Part shown: positions 17,265 through 26,746 of the stretch, piece after piece | Layout: each line of letters opens with the position of its first letter | How positions within the stretch are numbered: position 1 is the first letter of the stretch | IMG/VR virus record: IMGVR_UViG_3300029309_000006 | Location: 1 to 64,000 of that record | Length of the DNA stretch: 64,000 bases | Reading direction: 5' to 3' (one strand) | Source: a virus | Notes under the pieces: generated by a model | Seen by the model: only the letters and a program-made list of their open reading frames with translations | Told to the model about the DNA's origin: nothing | The model's database searches: none | Position numbers and translations under genes: made by a program

Positions 17265-19843
17265 TGAACAATTTAGCATTACTTATTCCTGACATAAAAA
17301 TAGACAATCCCAAGCCTGACCCAGATTTGTGGAATCTTACCACAATCAATTGGGAAAATGCCTTTAGGGTTTGGAATGAGATTAATCTAATAACAGACAT
17401 TGATTATCAAAGATTAGATTTATTTGACGATGAAGAAGTTTCGCTTACACAAACAATACAAGATGTTAGAGATATAGAAAAAATATTTACAGACTTTAGT
17501 AAATCATTTAGTTTACCTGCAAGTAGTAAAAACAATTTATTATTTAGACACTATTACAGAACAGACATTGTAGAAGATAGAGTAAGTGATGCAATATTCA
17601 ACGCTAATACAAAACTAAGAGCAATTATAGAACTAAACTACAAACGCTTTAAAAGTGGGTATATTGTATTAAATGGAGTAAAACTTAAAAACAATAGACC
17701 TGATAGTTATAATATTACATTCTTTGGAGAAACAGTTACATTAAAAGATAAACTAAAAGACAGAATATTATCAAGTTTAGACTTTTCATCTTTTGACCAC
17801 GCTTATAGTGTAGCAAATGTAAAACAAGGTGTAGGAAGTTTTGTTACTGCACTTGGAAATCAAACTGTATCTGTACCACATATTATATACCCTTTAATAT
17901 CTCATACACAGAGGTTTATATATGACACTACAGCAGGTGGTGTATTAACAAGTCAAGACAGATCAAGTACAACAAGGAATTTGTATTTCTCAGGTTCACA
18001 AGCAGATAGTGGTGGGTCAGGTGTAAACCAAAGATTAGGAAGCACAAAGGGTTTTATTTTTAATGATTTAAAACCTGCAATTAGGGTAATTGATGTTATA
18101 AGAATGATAGAGCAAGACCCTGATATTGATTTACAATTTAGTGATGACTTCTTTAAAGAAACAGGATTGTTTGCAGACTTGTATTTGTGGCTACACAGAA
18201 ACAAAGGCATTATAGGTATAACACCAAGTAATGAATCTAATGTCTCTAAAATAATATTAAACAATATTGGAAACTTCTCAGGCGATCTTACAACTTTCTT
18301 TGACCCTAGTCCGTTTGGTAGTTTCCCACAGTTTGATGGTGGTATTTTTAGATTTAGAACTGGTAGACAATTAAGTGGTCAAATAGGTGGTATTGATGAA
18401 ACAATGCAAATATCTTGGACTATAGTACCACAAACAGCAAGTGCAAAATTTACAGCTAAACTTAGGAAAGCAGGTACTGGAGAAATAATAAGCGAAATAC
18501 CATATACCCAAACAGGTAACTTAACACTTGTAGAAAACTTTGTAACAGAAAGCAGTACACAAGCCACGTTTGAACAACATAATGTAGAATTTGTTATTGA
18601 GACAACTGAAACAAGTTTAAACCTTACTTACACGCTTACATTTCAAAGAGATGTACAAGACTTAAATACAGGCTCAGTAACATCAAACTTAACAGCAGGT
18701 TTAGTAGAACCCAATAGTCTAGTAGAAACAATCTATGTAACTGACAATATTCCTGACATTGGTATATTACCATTTTTAACAGGTTTATTTAAAATGTTTA
18801 ATCTTACAGCATTTATTGAAGATGACCCAAGTAATGCAGACTTTGGAAAGGTAGTTGTTAAAACATTAGATAGTTTTTATGCCTCAGGTACAACTAGAGA
18901 CATTACAGACTTTGTAGATACCTCTGAGGGCGAATCAAACTTTAGTGTACCTTTTAATGATGTAGAATTTAAGTTTGCAGACCCATCAACATTTGGTGCT
19001 TTCTTTTTTGAAAAACTAAACAATAGACAACTTGGAAGTGTGAAAGCTAAAGATGCTTCAAATAGTGGTCGTGACCCAAGACTAAACAGGGGTCAAGATT
19101 ATAGAATAGAACTGCCTTTTGAGAAAATGTTTTTTGAGAAACTTAAAAACGTAGCAAATAGTGCTGAAACAACTATTGGGTTTGGATATTTTGTAGATGA
19201 TGACCAAAACCCTACTGTAAAAAATCCTTTAATGTTTTTTAAATCAAGCACAACAGGTACAGGCATACAAATGCAAGATGGTGCAAGTGCAGGTAATCCA
19301 AGTCAATTAACAACTTATAACAGACCCTCTAATTTTAGGGTAGGCACACAAAGCGTAAATATAGCTGTAAGTTCAGGAGAATCAAGTCCTGTAAGTTTTA
19401 GTTATGTAAATCCAAGTACATTTGCAACAGTATCAATTTCTGTAAGCCCTAATACAAATACAGACGTTAACCCTTTAGTTGCAGGTAGTTTACTTAGAAC
19501 ATCTGCTGTAACAAGCGAATCTAATATAACAACTACTTTTGCTACACTTACAACAGGTCAAACAATAAACTTTAGTAATGAGGTTGACCAATTTGTACCT
19601 ACAATAGACAACAATACTTTGTTTGGTAATTTCTACAAAAAGTATATTAGAGATGTATTCAGCTACAATAGAAGACTTGTAAAAGTAAATGCAATATTAC
19701 CACAGAAGTTTTTACTTAGGTATAAATTAAGTGATACTATTGTAATAAACAACACAGAATTTTATATAAATAAAATAAGCACAAACTTACAAACAGGTAA
19801 AAGCACTTTAGAGTTATTAACAAAAATTAATACAATATCATAA
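17264..19843 (+). CDS. Tail tip/hub structural protein
   Basis: LDLF...FTDFSKSFSLPAS N-terminus; FLTGLFKMFNL; adjacent to the tape measure gene. Confidence 0.5.
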   Translation: MNNLALLIPDIKIDNPKPDPDLWNLTTINWENAFRVWNEINLITDIDYQRLDLFDDEEVSLTQTIQDVRDIEKIFTDFSKSFSLPASSKNNLLFRHYYRTDIVEDRVSDAIFNANTKLRAIIELNYKRFKSGYIVLNGVKLKNNRPDSYNITFFGETVTLKDKLKDRILSSLDFSSFDHAYSVANVKQGVGSFVTALGNQTVSVPHIIYPLISHTQRFIYDTTAGGVLTSQDRSSTTRNLYFSGSQADSGGSGVNQRLGSTKGFIFNDLKPAIRVIDVIRMIEQDPDIDLQFSDDFFKETGLFADLYLWLHRNKGIIGITPSNESNVSKIILNNIGNFSGDLTTFFDPSPFGSFPQFDGGIFRFRTGRQLSGQIGGIDETMQISWTIVPQTASAKFTAKLRKAGTGEIISEIPYTQTGNLTLVENFVTESSTQATFEQHNVEFVIETTETSLNLTYTLTFQRDVQDLNTGSVTSNLTAGLVEPNSLVETIYVTDNIPDIGILPFLTGLFKMFNLTAFIEDDPSNADFGKVVVKTLDSFYASGTTRDITDFVDTSEGESNFSVPFNDVEFKFADPSTFGAFFFEKLNNRQLGSVKAKDASNSGRDPRLNRGQDYRIELPFEKMFFEKLKNVANSAETTIGFGYFVDDDQNPTVKNPLMFFKSSTTGTGIQMQDGASAGNPSQLTTYNRPSNFRVGTQSVNIAVSSGESSPVSFSYVNPSTFATVSISVSPNTNTDVNPLVAGSLLRTSAVTSESNITTTFATLTTGQTINFSNEVDQFVPTIDNNTLFGNFYKKYIRDVFSYNRRLVKVNAILPQKFLLRYKLSDTIVINNTEFYINKISTNLQTGKSTLELLTKINTIS

Positions 19844-19989
19844 TGTTACAGGGCATATTAGAACTTTTGGAAATGGCAAATGGCGAAACAGAGAACATTC
19901 GTATTGCACAAGGTAAATATAAATTACCAAATAGTTTTAAAGAGGGTTTTAAATTAATTAAAAATGAAATAAAATGGGCAAAGAAGTAA
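19843..19989 (+). CDS. Small hypothetical protein (48 aa, not in ORF track)
   Basis: MLQGILELLE...IRIAQGKYKLP; fills the gap with overlapping start and stop codons. Confidence 0.55.
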   Translation: MLQGILELLEMANGETENIRIAQGKYKLPNSFKEGFKLIKNEIKWAKK

Positions 19990-21911
19990 TAGTAGATGTA
20001 AAAATTACAACTAAACAAGCACAAGAAAATATTGATGAACTCAATAAGTCTCTGATGGCTCAAGAAGACCTAATAGAAAATCTTGAATCTGATCTTAGAG
20101 GGTTTGAGAAACAACTTAGTCAAACCTCAGGAAAAGAATTAGCAAGAAGAAGTGATTTAAATAAAAAAATAACTGAAACTAAAAACAGACTAAACGAGGA
20201 GAAAGCAGGTCTCAAACAAATTAACAAAGAGAGAAAAAGAGCCAACGATCAATTAAAAGATGCTTCTAAAAATACAAAAGACTATAGTGGAGTAATAGGA
20301 ATATTAGATCGCCAAACTGGTGGTCTTATAAGTAGCACCAAAGATTTTACAGGGTCTTTAAGTTCTGCAACTAAAGGAACAAAACTTCTAAGAGTTGCAT
20401 TACTAGCAGTTCCTTTTGTATTAATAGCTACAGCTATAGCATCAATAAGTGCTGCTCTAACATCATCGGAGGAGGGTCAAGACAAATTCACTAAGTTTTT
20501 TACACAAGTTAAAGTAGTAATAGGTAATGTTACCGATCTATTTGCAGATTTTGGTAGTGCATTACTTAAATTTTTTAGTGGAGATCTCAAAGGTGCAAGA
20601 GAGGAGTTTGATAAACTCAGAGAGGGTATCGCTAACTTCGGTGAGGAAACAAAAAAAGAAATAGAACTTGCAGGTAAATTATCAGATAAAAGAGCTAAGG
20701 CTAATAAACTTGAAAGACAATTACTTATAGATCGGGCAAAAGCAGATAGAAAATTTAATGAGTTAAGAGAGAAAGCAGCAGACAAAGAGAATGTATCAAT
20801 TAATGAAAGGATAGCTGCATTGAAAGAAGCAGGTCGTATTGAAGAAGAAATAACTTTAAAAGAAATAGAAGCAGCAAAACTTAGACTAGAAGCTAAAGAG
20901 ACTGAAAACTCTTTAAGTAAATCTACACAACAAGATTTAGATGAGGAAGCACAACTAAGAGCCAAAGTCATAGAGTTAGAATCTTCAAGGCTAAAAAAAC
21001 AAAAAACGTTAACAGCTGAGATTACAACTAATCTTAGAGAGCAAAAAGCAGAGGAGAAAAGATTAGAAGACGAAGCAAATGCAGCTAAAGATGAAGCTGA
21101 TGCAGCACAATTAGAAAAAGAAAAACAACTTGCAGAATTAAAAAAACAAATAAGAGATGCAGAAGCGAGTAGTGAAGATGATAGGAGAGCCTTAGAGCTT
21201 ATAAAAATTGATGAACAATTCCAAGCACTTATAGATAAAGCTAAAGAAAATAACCTTGCAACCCAAGAACTAGAGGATGCACAAAGACAAGCCAAAATAG
21301 ATAAACAAAAACATTTTGATGAAATAGATGAAAAAAGAGAAAAAGAGCATCAAGATAAAATATCTAGTATAAAAAATATAGAAATAGAAACAGAACAAAA
21401 AATTCAACAGGCTAAACTTAGTCTCGCATCACAAACTGGTAATTTGTTAACTCAACTAGCAGGTAAAAATAAAACTGCAGCTATTGCAGGTGTTCTGATA
21501 CAAAAGGCAGCAGCAGTTGGTCAAATAATATCAAATACTGGTATAGCGAACGCTAAGGCAGTAGCTGCAAGTCCAATAACTTTAGGTCAACCATTTGTAA
21601 CAATAAATTCGATAAGTGCTGGTCTATCAATTGCATCATCATTAGCAGAAACTCAAAAAGCAATACAACAAATAAGAAGTGCTGGACCAGGAGCAAGTTC
21701 TGGAACTGGCTCAGCAGGAGGTGGTTCCGTGAATATACCAACACCACAGGCACCTGCTTTTAATATAGTAGGAAGCGATACACAAAATCAATTGGCACAA
21801 ACTATAGCTGAGCAAACACAAAAACCTGTTAAGGCATTTGTAGTTGCAGGAGATGTATCTACAGCACAAAGTTTAGACAGAAACATAATACAAGAAAGTT
21901 CGCTTGGATAA
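19974..21911 (+). CDS. Tape measure protein
   Basis: Long alpha-helical/coiled-coil, Ala/Glu/Lys-rich, with hydrophobic segments. Confidence 0.75.
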   Translation: MGKEVIVDVKITTKQAQENIDELNKSLMAQEDLIENLESDLRGFEKQLSQTSGKELARRSDLNKKITETKNRLNEEKAGLKQINKERKRANDQLKDASKNTKDYSGVIGILDRQTGGLISSTKDFTGSLSSATKGTKLLRVALLAVPFVLIATAIASISAALTSSEEGQDKFTKFFTQVKVVIGNVTDLFADFGSALLKFFSGDLKGAREEFDKLREGIANFGEETKKEIELAGKLSDKRAKANKLERQLLIDRAKADRKFNELREKAADKENVSINERIAALKEAGRIEEEITLKEIEAAKLRLEAKETENSLSKSTQQDLDEEAQLRAKVIELESSRLKKQKTLTAEITTNLREQKAEEKRLEDEANAAKDEADAAQLEKEKQLAELKKQIRDAEASSEDDRRALELIKIDEQFQALIDKAKENNLATQELEDAQRQAKIDKQKHFDEIDEKREKEHQDKISSIKNIEIETEQKIQQAKLSLASQTGNLLTQLAGKNKTAAIAGVLIQKAAAVGQIISNTGIANAKAVAASPITLGQPFVTINSISAGLSIASSLAETQKAIQQIRSAGPGASSGTGSAGGGSVNIPTPQAPAFNIVGSDTQNQLAQTIAEQTQKPVKAFVVAGDVSTAQSLDRNIIQESSLG

Positions 21912-21913
21912 AC

Positions 21914-21939
21914 AAAATAAATAATAAAATACGATATAT
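21914..21939 (+). promoter_or_regulatory. Unit A late-promoter motif copy 3
   Basis: AAAAT-N13-CGATATAT before the ATG at 21944. Confidence 0.7.
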
Positions 21940-21943
21940 AATT

Positions 21944-23566
21944 ATGAAGATAGTAGAATTAATTTTAGATGACAACGAAGATTTAGCAGGAATAGAAGCT
22001 ATAAGCATTGTTGAAAATCCTGCAATAGAAGAAGACTTTGTAGCATTAAAGAATGAACAGGTTATACAACTTGCAGAAGTTGACAAAGAAAAGAAAATAC
22101 TATTAGGTGCTTTACTTGTACCCAATAAACCTATATATAGAAAAAATGCACAGGAAGAATATTATATATATTTTTCTAGGGAAACTGTAAGAAAAGCATC
22201 ACAGGTATATTTACAAAAAGGAAATCAAAACAATTCTACCTTAGAACACAAACATACATTATCAGGTCTTTCGCTAGTAGAATCTTGGATTGTAGAAGAC
22301 CCTAAAAAAGATAAAATAGCTTTATATGGTTTAGACTACCCAGTTGGTACTTGGGTAGGTGCTGTCAAAGTAAACAACGATAAAATTTGGGATGAATATG
22401 TAAAGACAGGCAAAGTAAAAGGGTTTAGTATTGAAGGATATTTTGCTGACAAAGCAGATAGACCACAAGACCAAACAATAAACGACCTTGCAGAAATAGA
22501 AGAAGAAGAAGCACAAGAACTTTTATCACAAGTAAAAGGAATAATAAGAAACGATAAAAGGTATAAACAAGGCAGAAGACTTATATTTGAGAGTTTTAGC
22601 GATTACCCTAATGCAGTAAAGAACAATGCAAAAAGAGGTATTGAATTAAACGACAAAGTAAACAATAAGTGTGCAACAGATGTTGGTAAAATAAGAGCAC
22701 AGCAGTTAGCAAATGGTAGACCTATAAGCGAACAAACAATAAAAAGGATGTATTCTTTTCTATCAAGAGCAGAGGAGTTTTATAACCCTGACAATAAAGA
22801 AGCGTGTGGAACTATATCATATTTACTTTGGGGAGGTCTAGCTGCAAAAAGATATGCAGAAAGTAAACTAAAAGAATTAGGTAAATTTAATTTCTTTAGT
22901 CAAAAAGTAAATGATGATTTTGCTATAATTAATGATAGGCTAGGATATGCAACAAGAGCAATGGCTGAAAAGATTGCAAAAGACATAGGTTGTAATGGTA
23001 TTCATACACACGATTTTGAAGATCAAATATGGTATATGCCTTGCGAGAAACACGCTTTAAATGAAGAAGAATTTAAAAAGTATAAATGTCCAAAAGGATA
23101 TTATAAAGATTATCAAAAACATAAGTGTGTAAAAAAAAAAGATAACTATGCAGAGATAGGAGAAAGAGGAGGTATAAGAAAAAGCCCAAAAGCTCCAAAG
23201 TCAGGAACACCAAATCCAAACCCTAAAGGACAAGGTACAGCAAAAGGAGATGCAAGTACAAGCAGGGGTGCAAAAGTATCACAAAAAGATTTAGCATCAT
23301 TACAGAAAAAGTCTGATGACTTTAACGAAAGGTATAAAAGCAAACTAGGATATGGTGTAACAGTAGGACAATTAAAGGCAGTATTTCAAAGGGGTCTCGG
23401 TGCTTTTAACGTATCACACAGTCCAAGAATACAATCTCCTACAGCTTGGGCACAAGCACGAGTAAATGCCTATTTATATTTAGTTAGAAACGGAAGACCT
23501 CAGAACCCTAAATACACAGGTGACTTTGATCTTCTACCAAAAGGACACCCAAAAAGTAATAAATGA
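21944..23566 (+). CDS. Prohead protease (XkdF-like) with extra C-terminal domains
   Basis: AISIVENPAIE, TLEH, VESW, GTW, VKGFSIEG. Confidence 0.8.
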   Translation: MKIVELILDDNEDLAGIEAISIVENPAIEEDFVALKNEQVIQLAEVDKEKKILLGALLVPNKPIYRKNAQEEYYIYFSRETVRKASQVYLQKGNQNNSTLEHKHTLSGLSLVESWIVEDPKKDKIALYGLDYPVGTWVGAVKVNNDKIWDEYVKTGKVKGFSIEGYFADKADRPQDQTINDLAEIEEEEAQELLSQVKGIIRNDKRYKQGRRLIFESFSDYPNAVKNNAKRGIELNDKVNNKCATDVGKIRAQQLANGRPISEQTIKRMYSFLSRAEEFYNPDNKEACGTISYLLWGGLAAKRYAESKLKELGKFNFFSQKVNDDFAIINDRLGYATRAMAEKIAKDIGCNGIHTHDFEDQIWYMPCEKHALNEEEFKKYKCPKGYYKDYQKHKCVKKKDNYAEIGERGGIRKSPKAPKSGTPNPNPKGQGTAKGDASTSRGAKVSQKDLASLQKKSDDFNERYKSKLGYGVTVGQLKAVFQRGLGAFNVSHSPRIQSPTAWAQARVNAYLYLVRNGRPQNPKYTGDFDLLPKGHPKSNK

Positions 23567-23712
23567 TAAACAGAGACTACATACCAAGCTATTCAAGCCC
23601 AAAAGGTGGGCGTAGGGCGTGTTTATGCAAAGATGAACTAACTTATAAAATAGAATGTTGTACAGGCGAATTACACGCTCAAGGCATAGGAAATATTACA
23701 AGAATAACCTAA
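23563..23712 (+). CDS. Small Cys-rich protein (49 aa, not in ORF track)
   Basis: SPKGGRRACLCKD...ECCTGELHAQGIG. Confidence 0.6.
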   Translation: MINRDYIPSYSSPKGGRRACLCKDELTYKIECCTGELHAQGIGNITRIT

Positions 23713-23718
23713 AAATGC

Positions 23719-23744
23719 AAAATTAATTTTAAAATCCGATATAT
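23719..23744 (+). promoter_or_regulatory. Unit A late-promoter motif copy 4
   Basis: AAAAT-N13-CGATATAT before the ATG at 23749. Confidence 0.7.
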
Positions 23745-23748
23745 TATT

Positions 23749-24339
23749 ATGAAAGCTACAGAAATGTTAAATCAAGTAAAAAATCTATTAGGAGTAGAGC
23801 TGACTGACATACAGTTGGCAGAACTCAAATTACAAAACGGAACAGTGATAGAAGCTGAAAGTTTTGAAACAGGTAAAGAAGTTTTTATTAAAACTGAAGA
23901 TGAAAATGTTGCACTTCCAGTTGGAGAATACGAACTAGAAGATAATCAAATCTTAGTTGTTGAAGAAGAAGGTGTTATTAAAGAAATTAAAGCACAAGAA
24001 GAAAAAGAAGATGAAGAAGAAGACAAAGAAGAAATGAGATATGTAACTAGAGAGGAGTTCAGAAAAGAAATGGACGAACTAAAAGATATGGTACAAAAGA
24101 TGATGAAGCCTGAAGACAAAGAAGAAATGTCAGCAGAAGAAGTGTCTTTAGCTGTAACAGAAGTTTTAAATAAAGAAGCAGAAGAAAAAGAAATTCTAAA
24201 AGAAGAATTATCTAAACCTGCATCTGAACCTATTAAACATAATCCAGAGCAAGAAAAAACTGTGAACAGATTTAAGTTTGCTCAAAACAGAAATAAATCT
24301 ACTCTAGACAGAGTAATGGAAACTTTAAGTAATAAATAA
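23749..24339 (+). CDS. Head scaffolding protein (putative)
   Basis: Acidic and helical; lies between the protease and MCP. Confidence 0.6.
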   Translation: MKATEMLNQVKNLLGVELTDIQLAELKLQNGTVIEAESFETGKEVFIKTEDENVALPVGEYELEDNQILVVEEEGVIKEIKAQEEKEDEEEDKEEMRYVTREEFRKEMDELKDMVQKMMKPEDKEEMSAEEVSLAVTEVLNKEAEEKEILKEELSKPASEPIKHNPEQEKTVNRFKFAQNRNKSTLDRVMETLSNK

Positions 24340-24358
24340 ATAAATAAAAATAATAATT

Positions 24359-24775
24359 ATGGCAGTATTAACTCACGTTAGTGACGATGTAATGAGAATT
24401 TTCGATGATTACGAAACAGTAACAGCATCAGGCTCACTAAGTCTTGCAGATTCAGGAAAAGTATTTAAGATTTCTGGAACTGGATATACATTAACATTAC
24501 CTGCACCTACAGCAGGTTGGAAAGCAAAGTTTATTGTATCAGCAGCATTTTCAACTGATTTCGTTGTACAAACACCTGCAGATAACAGAGATGTTATGAA
24601 TGGTGGAGTGATTGTTAACGGAGCAATCGTTGAAGCAGATGCAGTAGATAGAGTAACATTTGAAGATGACGCTGAAAGCATTGGCGATCACATTGAAATT
24701 CATTCTGATGGTACAAACTACTATTTGAGTGGAAACGGAAATGCAGCATCTTCTATAACAGTTGGAGAATTATAA
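24359..24775 (+). CDS. Capsid decoration-like protein
   Basis: ADSGK...LTLPAP...GD..I.SDGTNYY beta-rich pattern; directly upstream of the MCP. Confidence 0.45.
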   Translation: MAVLTHVSDDVMRIFDDYETVTASGSLSLADSGKVFKISGTGYTLTLPAPTAGWKAKFIVSAAFSTDFVVQTPADNRDVMNGGVIVNGAIVEADAVDRVTFEDDAESIGDHIEIHSDGTNYYLSGNGNAASSITVGEL

Positions 24776-24799
24776 TAATTAAATAAATAAAAAAAAGAT

Positions 24800-25696
24800 A
24801 TGGCTACTACTACTTCAATTACTACTTCTTACCAAGGGGAATTTGCAGGTGATTACATCGCTGCAGCACTTCTTTCAGGGGTGACTTTATCACAAGGAGG
24901 AGTAACAATAAAACCAAATATTAAATTTAAAGAGGTTTTGAAAAAACTCTCAATGGATTCAATTCTAAAGGATGCTTCCTGTGACTTTGACCCATCGAGT
25001 AACGTAACTTTAACTGAAAGGATTCTACAACCAGAAGAATTTCAAGTTAACTTACAATTATGTAAAAAAGATTTCAGACAAGATTGGGAAGCTAACTCAA
25101 TGGGATTCAGTCAATATGACAATCTACCGAGTAAGTTTTCAGACTTTTTAATTGCACAAGTTGCAGCTAAAGTTGCTGAAAAAGTAGAACAAAACATTTG
25201 GCAGGGTGCTACTGCAAATGCAGGAGAATTTAACGGATTCCAAGCATTACTTGCAGCAGACGGAGACGTTGTTGATGTTTCAGGTACTACACTTTCGGCT
25301 TCAAACATCGTTGCTGAGATTTCAAAAGTTGTTGATGCAATTCCTAGCGGGGTCTATAATAAAGAAGATTTAAAAATCTATATTCCTACAAGTGCTGCTA
25401 AGTTTTATATTCAAGCACAAGCAGCTTTAGGTTATAGAGAACTATATAACGTAGGTAAAACTGAAATGAATTTCCAAGGTATTCCATTATTTACTGCACC
25501 TGGATTAGGAGCAGATAAAATGGTTGCAGCACAATCAAGCAATCTTTACTTCGGTACAGGTCTATTAAATGACTGGCAAGAAGTTAAGCTTATTGATATG
25601 GCTGATATTGACGGAAGTCAAAATGTAAGAGTTGTACTAAGAGGATCTGCAGGTGTAAATCACGGAATAGGTGCAGATATAGTACTTTATTCTTAA
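24800..25696 (+). CDS. Major capsid protein (unit A)
   Basis: Highly biased codon use; YQGEFAG, LTERILQP, NLYFGT; followed by a terminator. Confidence 0.75.
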   Translation: MATTTSITTSYQGEFAGDYIAAALLSGVTLSQGGVTIKPNIKFKEVLKKLSMDSILKDASCDFDPSSNVTLTERILQPEEFQVNLQLCKKDFRQDWEANSMGFSQYDNLPSKFSDFLIAQVAAKVAEKVEQNIWQGATANAGEFNGFQALLAADGDVVDVSGTTLSASNIVAEISKVVDAIPSGVYNKEDLKIYIPTSAAKFYIQAQAALGYRELYNVGKTEMNFQGIPLFTAPGLGADKMVAAQSSNLYFGTGLLNDWQEVKLIDMADIDGSQNVRVVLRGSAGVNHGIGADIVLYS

Positions 25697-25710
25697 TAAT
25701 TGTTTAACAT

Positions 25711-25748
25711 AAAAGGGTAGGTGGGTTTTACCTACTTACCTTTTTTTT
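25711..25748 (+). terminator. Rho-independent terminator
   Basis: GGTAGGTGGG-TTTTA-CCTACTTACC plus T-run. Confidence 0.8.
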
Positions 25749-25762
25749 AAAAATATATATAT

Positions 25763-26287
25763 ATGGCGTGTACACTTACAAAAGGGCGTGAACTACCTTG
25801 CAAATCAGGGGTTGGTGGAATAAAAAGTATAACATTTGCTGACTTTAATACTTTAGGAGCTTTAACTGTTGCAAATGACATAATTACTGATTTCGGTGGA
25901 AGTCCTACATTTATGAAGTTTGATGTAAAGGGTAATTCTACAATGGACACTACTGTAACATCATCAAGAGAAAACGGAACTACTTTTTATGAAACAACAG
26001 TAGTAATGAATTTAATCTTCCAAGAGGAAAAAACACAAGCAGAAATTAAATTACTTGCTGTTTCAAGACCTCATATTATAGTAGAAGATTATAACGGAAA
26101 CTTTAGACTTGTTGGAAAAGATCACGGATGCGAATTAACAACTGGGACATTTTCAAATGGAGCTGCGATGGGAGACCTTTATGGCTACTCACTTACATTT
26201 GTTTCACAAGAAACAGAAGCACCTGACTTTGTTGCTACAGCAGCTTACAATGCTGAAAGTCAAGGAACACAAATTGACGTAAATTAA
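25763..26287 (+). CDS. Major tail (tube) protein
   Basis: MAC.LT.GR..PC...VGGI, SRENGTTFY, GYSLTF. Confidence 0.65.
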   Translation: MACTLTKGRELPCKSGVGGIKSITFADFNTLGALTVANDIITDFGGSPTFMKFDVKGNSTMDTTVTSSRENGTTFYETTVVMNLIFQEEKTQAEIKLLAVSRPHIIVEDYNGNFRLVGKDHGCELTTGTFSNGAAMGDLYGYSLTFVSQETEAPDFVATAAYNAESQGTQIDVN

Positions 26288-26310
26288 GAATAGTTTGTTC
26301 TTGTTATTGG

Positions 26311-26340
26311 AAAAGGGGGTTTTATACCTCCTTTTTTTTT
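26311..26340 (+). terminator. Rho-independent terminator
   Basis: AAAAGGGGGT-TTTAT-ACCTCCTTTT plus T-run. Confidence 0.75.
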
Positions 26341-26350
26341 GCTTTATTAC

Positions 26351-26376
26351 AAAATCACTATATTATTTCGATATAT
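26351..26376 (+). promoter_or_regulatory. Unit A late-promoter motif copy 5
   Basis: AAAAT-N13-CGATATAT before the ATG at 26381. Confidence 0.7.
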
Positions 26377-26380
26377 TAAT

Positions 26381-26746
26381 ATGAAAGTATTGACTACAAG
26401 TAGTTCAGCACAAACTTTAGATGTAGTTCCTAGAACTTATATTTCTAGCTATACAATGAAACTTAGAGATACAAGCAAAAATAAAGAAGTATTTAGTTCA
26501 TCTGTAACTGGAATTACAAATGGTAATTTTAAAAGAATATCTGCAACTATAAGCCCTATATTAAAAGAGGGTAGGTATTATGATTTAACTTTACTAAATG
26601 GAGCTACAGTAGTATATAGAGATAAAATATTTTGCACAGATCAAACTATAAATCAGAACAACAATGATTATTACGAAATAAATTCAGGTCAATATACTTT
26701 TGATGAAACAGCAGGGTCACACGATAACGATTATATAATAGTATGA
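26381..26746 (+). CDS. Structural protein (hypothetical)
   Basis: Probable ATG start at 26381 within ORF 26339..26746. Confidence 0.55.
   Translation: MKVLTTSSSAQTLDVVPRTYISSYTMKLRDTSKNKEVFSSSVTGITNGNFKRISATISPILKEGRYYDLTLLNGATVVYRDKIFCTDQTINQNNNDYYEINSGQYTFDETAGSHDNDYIIV

Noticed and set aside
20477-21295. 272-aa minus-strand ORF
   Set aside because: Ser/Leu/Phe-rich antisense shadow of the Glu/Lys/Ala-rich tape measure gene. The same applies to the other minus-strand ORFs in the track.
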